Shown here piece by piece: positions 52,915 through 64,000 of a stretch of DNA of 64,000 bases. The notes under the pieces were generated by a model that worked only from the letters and a program-made list of their open reading frames with translations, was not told the origin of the DNA and did no database searches. The stretch comes from Epiperipatus broadwayi (taxonomy: Eukaryota; Animalia; Onychophora), in contig JAQFVV010000001.1 of assembly GCA_028023455.1 (NCBI GenBank), positions 11,904,001 to 11,968,000 of the forward strand, in the 5' to 3' direction. Numbering within the stretch: position 1 is the first letter of the stretch; every line of letters starts with the position of its first letter. The position numbers were made by a program, and so were the translations under genes.

Positions 52915-53550
52915 ATCTATTCACAGAACAAACAAGTTTGAGTACATTAGTAAGATAATTCACAAAATACATTCCCAAATATTTATTTCAACGAGTTTGT
53001 AAATAATGTCCACCTTTTGTTATATCATTGCCAATTTATTTTGTCAAATAAAAGATCATTTTTATCTGACATTCAATTGATATTTGAAAAAGCTGGAACT
53101 TTTCATTAGTGATTATTTTTGTTTTTAAATTAATCAGGCCAGCTTACAGTTTCAAATACAAATTTAGATAAAATTCTAATAATTTTAATGAATAGTATAT
53201 TTAGACTTGATTTATCCATAAATTGATTTATGTTTTAGTGTTGCATATTTGATAAGCCATAAACTTATTTACATGTTCATTAAAATCATTAAAATTTCAA
53301 CTAAATTAATATTAAAACTGTAAGCTTGCTTAATTAATACACAAATAAAAATCAATACTAATAACAAATTTCAGTCTTTTTGGGTATCAATATTTGATTT
53401 ATTACTCTATAACAAATCCATAATCAGATAAAAGTAATAATTTTTTATCTGACAAAATAGATTGGCATTGTTATAATAAAATATGGGTATTATGGAAATC
53501 TAACTTATGAAATATCTTAATAAAGTGTTTGTTCCACGAATAGGATTGTG
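52915..53550. mobile_element. Old diverged fold-back element
   Basis: ctattcacagaacaaaca / tgtttgttccacgaatag and ttgccaatttattttgtca / tgacaaaatagattggca form inverted pairs. Confidence 0.55.
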
Positions 53551-55479
53551 TGTGTGTGTTTACTTAATGAAAAAATGTTCAAAAGTTTTTTTTTTGCATT
53601 GATAGAATTTCTGCTTATTTTTTTTTTGGTCTTAGATATTACTTAAATATATCTTAGTAATCAAGACAGATTAATTTATGGGTATTAATAGGAAAATTAT
53701 TTTTCTTTTCATTCTTTTTGTTGTTCTTGCTATTTAAATATAAATAATTTATACATTTGATTTGCCATTTAGTATCTGTTCTTTTTTTTTTGTATTCTGG
53801 TAAAATGCAATCCACTTGGAAAGATTTTTATACATTGCTTTACATTAAAATGTGAGAACTGTTTTCAACATTCTGCTGTGGATTTAATTCTGGTTAATTG
53901 CTATTTTACAATTGATCCCAATTGAAGTTTACATGCTCTTTAAGATAGTGTTAGAAAAAGGATTTGAAATTAGCTGAAATTTTACATAATTCACGCCTAT
54001 ATCTATAAGGCAATATAATTTCAAAAGTCAAGAAGAGATAAACTTTTACATAGTAAATTATAAAGAATTAAACTATAAGACCAGATAATATGATTCTAAG
54101 AATAGAGTTTGAATAATTATAGAGACAAAAATGTTTTCTAATTTACAATTTTGTAAAGAAAATTAAGGAACAATATGAAGCTGAACCATTTTACTGTTTG
54201 AGAAGTTTTTATTGTACCTGATATCACAAATGAGAAATATTAACCAAGATGACTTATAGAACAAGGTGATCAGGAAATCAGTAATTTTGATATAGTTTAA
54301 GAGTTGGATTATGATATAAAAATAGTGTTTTTATAGTCTTGGAAGATTCTGGTAGTGTGTTCATCTATAATAAAAACTATAATACTTCCAGTAGTAGCTA
54401 AAGATGTGTTTGGTGTGAAAAGTTGACCTAAGAAAAGAACTCATGGATAAATCTTATAAGAAAAAAATTGTTTCAATTTTTTCAAACTGTAAATTTAGAT
54501 AGAAAGGGTTCATTTCTTCCAATTTGATTATGCTATAAAATACTCTTTTTGATAAAATTGTTTGATAAAATTAGGGTTTTTTGCATAAACCATTTGACTC
54601 TAAAGGGAAAGAATCCATTTTAGTATTTGTAAATTCGTAATTTTATTTCATTCATATTGCATTGCTTTTAATAAATCTATACAAAAAAATCCTTCTCATT
54701 ATGCACTTTTCAATAATTGTTTCAACTGAATAATAGTTGTTTTTTTTTTTTTTCAGAATTAAAAAACAGTTGTATTGTTATTATCTACAATAACTTGATC
54801 TATTATGCATATATTGTCACACATAATGCTAATTATATATATATTGTAACCATATATTTTAGTAGAAAATATATTAATTGATGTAACTTATATAAAAATT
54901 TCTCTTTCTTCTCTTGGTGATTTGGTTGGCTTGATTCGCACTTGAACAGATTACTTTCTGATATTATTTTAATAATTTTCAATTTGCTTCATTCCATATG
55001 CTAACTCATATCAGAATGTTTAACTTTTTAAAATTTTTACAACATATTAAAATTTGGTAAAATATTATTAAAAATAATATTTTGTTTTTATTTATTTAAA
55101 GTAATCTTAAATTATTATTTCTATTGAATTAAAATAAAACCATTTGTTCAATTAAAATAAATTATTAAATAAATACAATAATTACGTAGGCGTCTCAATG
55201 TAATAAAAGAAAAGAGCGCGAATTTCTAGGAGAATATCGTCTGTTAGTTTGTCTTTTGGTGGGAAGAAGAACAGAAATGGTAAAGGCAAATAGTGTAAAT
55301 TTGCTGAGCTTATTTTGAAACCATTAATAAGTGAATAAATTACCACAAAATTTGTTATAAACATAAAATAACTTAGTGGTATCTAATTAAGATGGATCAC
55401 TAAAACTTAAAGATCTTTTCAAGTCGTTCGGCCAACTGAATCAAATCACCGTAGCGTTTTCCAATATCGCATTTTTGAA

Positions 55480-55529
55480 ATGTCGGAGCTTCCCAGTTCA
55501 AGTTTGAAAGAATTAAATACAAGAATTTG
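55480..55529 (+). CDS. Possible first coding exon of an unidentified plus-strand gene
   Basis: ATG-SELPSSSLKELNTRI-TG|GTATGT with a good donor in CpG-retaining sequence; no convincing downstream exon or homology recognised. Confidence 0.3.
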
Positions 55530-56679
55530 GTATGTTTTAAAATATTTGTTATTCTACAATTTGGAAAATTTGAATCAGTGTTTTAATTACAGAAGTTTTA
55601 TTAAAATGAAAATTTGTTTTTTAAAAAGAAAAAAGTTTAAGTTAAAATAAAGTAAAGCGTTAAAGCTATCAAAATATTTAATATTTCCGTTTTTTTAATT
55701 CTGATAAAATATAATATTGATTGATATTTAACTTTACAATGCCATTAATATTTGCTAATTAATTTGTTTAACACTTGGATCATAAACATTTTTCAAATAA
55801 TTAATCAAAGTTTTTTTTATAATTGTATCGTCTATTTAAAAATGAATAAATTAATTGCTGTAATTAGTTATTCCTGGATTAACGCAATGGATAAATAAAT
55901 ACTTGCATGGATAGGATAAACTTGGAACACTTTTGATAGAGAGATGTAGGGATTAATAACTTTATGAAAAACATTTTCATTTAAATTCTGTGTATCCTGT
56001 TTTAAAATTGTTTCATGTTTGGAGAGCCACGCAAATCGTTGATCTAATATTGCTTTAATAACTAATCAAGCTATTACCTCATATACTTATTATTCTACAC
56101 ATTGTACATGGATTCCACGGATCACATTAGGAATTATAAAATGCTATACAATCCAATTTATGATACACACATCTGCTAAAATTCATGTATTTGAACTATA
56201 AAATGCTTTACATTTAGTTTTATCACACACACACACCGTTAAATGTTATATGTTAATGAAAAATACATTTATTTAATTTTATCGTTATATGAATTCGCAT
56301 ATGAAGTTCATAAGTTATATTTGTTAGATTTAAATTAATAAAGGTTGAATAAAATATTTATTCAAAAGAATAGCGCTTGCGGAGAAAGCTTAAACAGTAC
56401 TTAATGAATTCATGAGATATACCAATCTTTATGAGATATTTTGTGAGTCTTTCCAGATTTATATTCCCATGCCAATATTATTTACATTATATTATACATG
56501 TTTATTTTAAGCAAGATAAGTAGTACATTAGTTGTCCTGACTATTGTAATATTTTACTAAGCAAGAACCCACATTTGCTAAAGTGTCAGTGTATTCTGAA
56601 TAATCAGAAGAATTGAGGGGGATGATTTGCACTTTAATGTGAAGTAAATTATAATGTTGTTTTAGTATGTTAAAGGCTT

Positions 56680-56774
56680 TAATCTGTGCTGGTGGTTAAT
56701 CCGCAGATTATTTTAATTGCCGTTTTGTATTTACACACATTCCTGCGCTGGTGGTTAATCCGCGGAATTGTGTG
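56680..56774. other. Twin stem-loops with identical 13-nt loops (CTGGTGGTTAATC)
   Basis: Loop 1 56689-56701 closed by taatctgtg/cgcagatta; loop 2 56748-56760 closed by cacacattcc(t)gcg/cgcggaat(t)gtgtg. Confidence 0.7.
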
Positions 56775-59299
56775 ATTATACGTATGACTTTATGATAGTG
56801 TTTAAATACGCAAAACGTTAGTATTATTTAATTCCTACGTGTAGATGAATACATCCACAGGAATATGTTTGCTTCACAGATATAAGTTGGGCAAAGTATT
56901 TTAGTTAATCTGCCAAATCATCTTCTTCATTTGTAAGCATAATTTATCGGTTAGATTGATAAATGGCAACAGGACATTCTATTCAAGTACTTCATGATAA
57001 TTAACTGTTGGTTAATTATTATCTACCGAGTGTAAGTTTACATTTTCATTTTAATTAATGATTACATTATAGCCAAAACATACAAACATCATATTATTTA
57101 TTATATTATTATAGGTATACAGTAGGGATTTATTGAATCTGGAAATGCGTTCAATATTTCATAAGTTAATGCTGAATTTAATAATTGTCTCAATATTCAT
57201 TATATTAGATTGAAATAAGGTATGATTAGGTTTTTAAATACTGTACCTGTGAGATGTATTGAAGAAAGTCTATTGAACCATCATTTAATTATTTTATTTG
57301 TTTATTTATGTTTTTATTTAAAATATTGAAATTAACTATTTATTGTTCATAAAGTTTGTAAATAAAAGTTGATTTATAATTAAACTTACTGTGCCGTTGC
57401 TATGTGTCATTCATAACATCAGAAATCATAAACTTTGGATAGAGCATACATTATAGAGCATACATTGAATTACATATTATTGTCTACATGATATAAGAAT
57501 TTATTAATATTTTGAGAAAACATTAAGATGCTTTTCGTCTTTGGTAGTATATGATTGGTAGGGTACAATAAAATCCCATTTACCTTTTCCATCATTGTGG
57601 CTTTGCGTAGTTGATTCTAGTATAAAATATAAATTAATTATTAAACTTGTGAACAGATTTATTCAATAATGATATGATTAAATATATTTACTTAACATTT
57701 TTAAATTTTCATTCGTCAATACAATAAGAGTCTCAATGATATATTAAATTATAAAAGAACCCAATTATTCATGTTTATTAATTGCAAAGCTTTACCTGGA
57801 CTAGCATCTGTCTTAGAAATCATATAGATGATATAAAATTTCATAATTTTATGTGGTTCCATAAATTACGCTATCTTGTACATGGTCGGCCATAGGGTCG
57901 CATACCATAAAAATCGCAAATTGAGGTTTAAAAGTGATAAAATTGCACTTATAATTTGTTTAATATGTTTTATAATAATACTATGATAGGTCTTCGCGGT
58001 ATACCCTGGCTGCGATCAAATAAATTATAAAAGTTAGGTTAATTCATTAATTTTGTCTGTAGTAAATTGCCCCAGATGTTGATTGTGGTCTTTTGTGCAT
58101 AAAATAAATAGTATGATATGCTTTTGGATACAGCTCTTAATAGCTGATAATGTGCAATGAGAGTTGATCAGTGACCAAGGTTGTAATTCCTAGTGCACTT
58201 ACGTTACGTAGTTGAGATTACACAATTTACGGTTACAATTTATAGTGCCGCAACAAGTACGGCATGATGATGGGTAGTTGGAGGGGTGATGGAAGGTTGG
58301 TTACCACCTCTGTGAGCCATCAGCAACGTGGACGGCTCGAGAAGATGTTTTGGTTACAGTTTTTGGCGCAACGTGGCTGGCTCGGGGATTTTGGTTACAA
58401 TATATATATATATTATGTAAATATATTACATCAAGTTATTATGTTTTATGTAACAGATGATTATAATACATTTTGTTTTTTAATCCTGAAAAAAACTGCT
58501 AATCTGTTGAAATTGTCAATAAAATTCACTGTAAAAAGGATATAAAGAAAAGTGAGTTGTTGTTTTTTTTGTATAAATTTATAATTATACAAAGTAATTT
58601 TGTTAACTGTCTTTTGCTAAAGTTTCTTAGATTTGAATTATAATCATTTATTTTATATCTAATAAAAATCCATTTTTATTACTAATATTAATTTTAAACA
58701 AAATAGATTTTTTTTTTAATTTCTAAACCATTTTTTAAAAGTTTATAATAAATATGTGCCATAATTTGATGAATCAGGGAAGAAATATTGAAGAAAAAAT
58801 AAACTATTTTCTTATGATTTAAAAAATATTATGACTAGAAATTTTTTTTAAAAAAGTAGTCCATCCATTGGATAAAAAAAATAGGTTATTGGTTGTTGAT
58901 ACCCTCTTTTTTTTTTAAAGATTGAACAAATCAATTAAATGCACAAATTATATCAATAAAAAATAAGTTATTTTACTAACATACACTTTTTTTATAGAAT
59001 AAGTAGTGAATTTTAAAAATAAAGAGTTCTATTGTCTTAAAATTTTTTTGAATTAACAAGAAAAAAATTAGCCTGTGTACAAAATACAGAGCTAGTAGGC
59101 ATCTGGTGAAAATTTTTAGGAAGGGGTATTGCATATGCAAAATAAGAAATTTTATTTTTTCCTAATTACATATTCAAAAAAAAATTGCTTTATTAAAATT
59201 ATTGTCTAAAAATAAAATCCATTTTTCTATTTTTGCCTTAAAATTTTTCAATATCCTTTTTAATATATAAATTTACATACAGTATATATATATTTTTTC

Positions 59300-59500
59300 C
59301 AATTAAAATCAAACATTTCTGTTAACTCTTAAATATTTCACTCTTTTTAAAATAGAAAAACATCTTTCCAGTTCTACCATAATCACATTTACTAAATTTG
59401 CTTCTTTAAAATTATGAAATTTTTTTCTAGAATAAAAAAAAATTGTAATTCTGTTTCTAATTTTTTTGGAATATGAATTGAATAAACTTGACACATTTCT
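59300..59500 (-). mobile_element. hAT transposase C-terminal dimerisation-domain relic
   Basis: NVIMVELERCFSILKRVKYLR matches the hATC motif SxxxERxFSxLKRxKxxLR. Confidence 0.6.
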
Positions 59501-59941
59501 TTTCTTTTATAAGTCGATAGCAGCTATTAAATTATTGATAAATACAAATGTTTCTTTTGATTCCATGCAGATATTATAGCACACTTTTTTTACTTCTCAT
59601 AATTTTTATAATATTGGCAGATTCATGTCATTTTGAATTATGAATATTTGAAATTATTTTATAAAATTCATTTAATGCTTTTTAAATCTTATTAGCATCA
59701 ATGTTTTTAGATTGTATTTGATTACATAATCTCACAACATGAGACATGATTTTATAAAATAGTCCTAGCAAAAGTATAAATGTTTCATTTGTCAATAAAT
59801 CTAAAAATCCTATCAACACCTGGATAGTTTTATTTTATCAATGGTTATTAAAGTTAGCAATTTCTCAAAACATTTAATAAGTTGACTTTTTTTATTCAAC
59901 AACTATATTAACTGTTTTTAAATTAAAAGTATATATTACAC

Positions 59942-60240
59942 AATGTTGCAAGTAGTATTATTCTCCATTCTTTTTCAGGTGTTGCTGGCCTATATGCACA
60001 GTTACAATATTTGCTTAGAAGTTGAACTCACACCTTTAGATTCTTGAATATCGAATTTAAGGCAAATGCTCTACCAACTGACCTTTGACAGAATAGTTTA
60101 CTTGGTAGAGCATTTTCTTTAAATTCAATATTCAAGAATCTAAAGGTGCGAGTTTCAACTTCTAAGCGAATATTGTCATTGCACATATAGGCCAGCAACA
60201 CCTGAAGAAGAGTGGAGAATAATACTACTCAAAATGTGTA
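59942..60240. mobile_element. ORF-less fold-back of two tRNA-head/hammerhead units (same family as PLE B pseudo-LTR)
   Basis: Arms are reverse complements centred ~60090; each has TTGGTAGAGCA (A box), GAGTT(T)CAAC (B-box-like) and ggccagcaacacCTGAAGAagagtggag...; the tail matches 8640-8690. Confidence 0.85.
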
Positions 60241-61779
60241 ATTACTAATCGGTAAAAGTATTTATGTTTGATGATTTTGGATACATGCATTCACATACTT
60301 TATTACTGTCAATCTCTACGGAGATATTTTTTAAAAAAATGTTGCTACTTCCAAGAGATTTTCAAAAAATAATCATACAGATTTAATTGATAAAATCATG
60401 TTTTATAATAAGATGTGGGCATTTAAATGAATAAAATGAGCACTTTTAAAAACCATTTGAATTTTATGTTGACTCTTATTTTTCACCTTTCAAAATATTA
60501 GCACCATCATACATTTGAGCTATTAACTAATTTTCATTATTTTATAATATTTTATTTATTACATTAATAAACATTTTGATTAATCATTTGCAATTGTATT
60601 TTCTGAAATGGAAAAATCCCTAAATTATTCATAAACTATACTTCAAAATTTATAATAGAAAACTTTAATATTTGTATTTGTTTAAAAACAAGTGTATTAT
60701 CTACCATATCTGTTACACATGATGTTTTATTGATTTGTGACAAACTTCTGATATGCACTGTAACAATTCATTTGAAAGAATTTTTGATCAAGTTGCAATG
60801 AAATTTATTAATCCCTTAAATATTCCCAGATTTTTAAACAAATTATTTTTATTGAGTCTCTGAGGGATAATTCATATATGCTGAAAAATTTTATATAATC
60901 AACTATTTTTGATAATATTTTTTGTTTTTTCTTCACTTCTTTATTATGCTTCAATTTTGATGATCTATAAGTCTCACTAAGTTATTTGTAAATATGAATT
61001 GTTGTAATAATGAAAACCACATAGTATTTTTTATGTGTTTTCAGGAATTTTGATGCTTTTCGCATTTATTTTTTATTCTGTTGATATTTGCAATTGTGAA
61101 ACTACTTTGAGTCTATACAGTATTGTTGCCAAAAAACAAACAAGAAAAACAAAATCTAGTTTTGTAATCATATTTAATTTTTTGATTGTTAAATGTCTTG
61201 ATGTAGTTTTATTTTACTTTGTGGAACAGGACAACCTTGACTTTTTATTCCTATTTTTTTATGTAATAATAACTGAGAAAATATACTTCCTTTTATATAT
61301 TGATCTGTGACACTCATCATAATTCAGCCTTATATCTATAATAAATAAATAGGTATATGTTATTTTAAAAGAATAAAATGAGATTTATCAAAAATATTTC
61401 ACTTTTACCACAAACATAAGCCAATAATAAAAGTTTTACATCTTACAGAAACAATGCATTTAAGCATACAATTTATTTATAGTAACACTGTTGATTCACT
61501 CATTACATACTGTTGGAAAGAAGGCCATTTGTTTAATATCTAAAATATTAATTGAACAAATCCAATTTATTAACTACTCAATTAATATTGAAGCATTAGC
61601 TGTGACCACTAACACATTGTGTTACATTTGTTTATTATTATAAGCATTGATATTATTAATAAACACAAACAATTTTTGTGCTGTTGTATTGTAATGATGA
61701 TGATGAGATGAGATGCACTGTTACTTCTTCTTTATTGAAGTCAGGAACTCTCAGCTTTCATGCCCAGAGAAACCTCTTA

Positions 61780-62300
61780 GCCACTTTACCTTCCCTTTCC
61801 ATTACCCACCCTAAGTTTTTCCCATATTCTTCTCTATCCTGCTCCATCCCATTTCCACAACATAATTTTTATCAACTCTATGGCCTTTGTATCTAAATCC
61901 CCCTTATCTTTTTCCAAACCCAGCATAAAAGCCAAGAATCCACCTTCTATATAATCACTTTGTTTATATTTATTTTCCCACAACATCATTATTTGTGTGC
62001 TTTCTACTTGCAATCATTTACATTCAATTAACAAATGCTTACTATTTTCTATGCCTTCCTTACACAACTTGCAGACTAAATCACCCACATTTTCCCATTT
62101 AGATGTATATTCCCTTGTTGCTAAAGATCCTTTATGAGCCTTAAACAGTAAACCACTTTCCTTACTATTATCATAAATTAACACACACCCAATATTCCAT
62201 TTACTTCTATATATATTTAAACTCTTTTTACTCTCCATACTTGTTCTTCATCTCTCCAATGCCCTATTCTTTATTAATGAATGTATTCTTCTATCCCACT
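61780..62300 (-). mobile_element. Non-LTR retrotransposon 3' end with CCHC knuckle
   Basis: MESKKSLNIYR...YDNSKESGLLFKAHKGSLATREY...CKLCKEGIENSKHLLIEC, a typical LINE ORF2 C-terminus. Confidence 0.75.
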
Positions 62301-62899
62301 CGTTACAACTATAAGAAATCCAATAAAATTAGTTATATTATAAAACTGCATGAATAAAAAAAATTATTTAATAAATACTCATCATCAAAATTGAGTAATA
62401 AATATTTAAAATACCTAAAAAATGAAAATAAATGTTAATTTATGCTTATTATTAAGTATTGTATAGAGTTGTTTTGTAATAAGGGTAAAATAATAAAGTG
62501 GTGAATTGCACTGTAAAGGATGAAAGAAAAATAATTTTGATGCATGCAAAGATTTAAATTGCATGAATTATAAAAATATAAAGCATTTCAAACTTGTCTT
62601 CCAAATGGAACTTTTATTTAAACAACTTGTCAATTCCTAAAGTAAATCTTATGGCTGATCTAAAAAATAATATTTAAATTATGGGTTAATAAAAATAAGT
62701 AAATGAATGAGTTCTATTTAAATATCAGCAGCAATAATTTTTCTTTCCTCCTAAACTGTTAATTAATATAAAAAAGAAAGAGAGGTAAAAAAACTTTTTT
62801 TTTTCGTTTGTTTATTTATATAGCAAATTGTAGTAATTTATCTAATTATGTATCAAATCAAGATGTTATCAAAAAAGAGAAATCAAATCTTAATAATCA

Positions 62900-63400
62900 G
62901 CTGGTGATGAATCCATTGTTTGAAAAACATGTTGAACATCAAATAGATAAAAATAAGTCTGAAACAAATAACTAAGACATTCTAATTAAGTCCAGCATTG
63001 CATTCCAGTCCAGTCCACAATGTAGTCTTCTTTAGTTTATTTGAAGACCCAGCATAAGAAGCAAGGCAGAGGAGAGAAAACACTGATTAATATTGTTGTC
63101 CACTGTAATCTAGATAGCCATATTTTGCTGTTTTTAAAGTATTTTTCAATATTCCAGTTATAACAGCCAATATGATGATTTTGTCTAGAAGAAAACTATT
63201 TGTTATATGTGGCTAGATAATCAAAAACCACACTAACCCAAATATCCAGAAAATGTATTCAAATCAAGAAACTAATGCTGAAGTTTGCCAAAACTAGCTG
63301 TTGTCTGTCTTAGTAATACCATGAATTAAGAAATGGACAGTGTAATAAGAACTAACCAAGACCTACTGATGCTATACCCTATGTAACAACACCAGTGCTG
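62900..63400 (-). mobile_element. Possible decayed LINE RT fragment (I/Jockey-like)
   Basis: Weak YLG and LDY-like remnants on the minus strand. Confidence 0.25.
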
Positions 63401-64000
63401 CTATATTTACTCTCTATTATTACTAGTGCCCAAGGAGAAGAACTATCATTTTTGGAGAAATTAATGAAGATAACCGTAAATATATTAAAAGAATGGTATT
63501 TATAGAAAACCATGGTTTTGGAACTGTTTAAATATTTCACATGGTAGAACTTATCATTATAAATATTATAAGATCTTAAACTTAAACTCAGATTAAAAAT
63601 ATCTTTTATTACTATAATATTTAATATTTTATAGTCTATTAATAGTTGTGAGTATATATACAACAGTTTTATTTATTCATTATTAATAAATTGTTATTTT
63701 TTATTATTATTAATCTATTTAATTTGTGTTTGTAGCTCAATCCACACATTATTCTTTTAATAATTGATATGCTAATTAATATTCATAACTCTGAGAAATC
63801 ATGGAATCCACTAGGTGACATGTAGGGATGGAGTTAATAATTAGTAAAAGATGATAATCATATATTAATAAGTTTTTCAAAAATGAACTTTCTAGTTAGA
63901 AAGTTTGGTACCTGATAGTTTCATTTATTATTTTATTTTATTGAAATTGAAAAATAAATAAAATACTTTTAGAAGCAGTTATATTTTTAAATTATCAGCA

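Noticed and set aside
61035-61310. Hydrophobic ORF after a good plus-strand acceptor (ttttcag at ~61043)
   Set aside because: Phase is incompatible with the candidate upstream donors for the long frame; the composition is explained by T-rich DNA.
1-64000. The many 60-95 aa ORFs rich in F/I/L/Y/N/K in the ORF track; CRISPR or other prokaryotic systems
   Set aside because: The ORFs are expected by chance in DNA this AT-rich and many use non-ATG starts; the locus is spliced and eukaryotic, with no repeat-spacer array.

Overview
Very AT-rich, CpG-depleted eukaryotic DNA, probably from an invertebrate (inference from composition and TE content). One clear host gene is present: an ANKRD10 orthologue on the minus strand, with four coding exons located at 51638-51462, 44388-44227, 36119-36028 and 35942-35425; its last exon(s) were not found. 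The rest is mostly transposon debris: a decayed Ty3/gypsy LTR element (1-3881), several Penelope-like elements (PLEs) with inverted pseudo-LTRs, Merlin and hAT transposase relics, LINE 3' ends, three fold-back MITE families and a young tRNA-derived SINE with a target-site duplication. The most interesting signals are (i) minimal hammerhead-ribozyme cores in two PLE repeat families, one fused to a tRNA-like Pol III head and also present as an ORF-less fold-back, and (ii) twin hairpins at 56680-56774 with identical 13-nt loops and co-varying stems inside a CpG-retaining region. All alignments, translations and folds were done by eye; TE boundaries are approximate.
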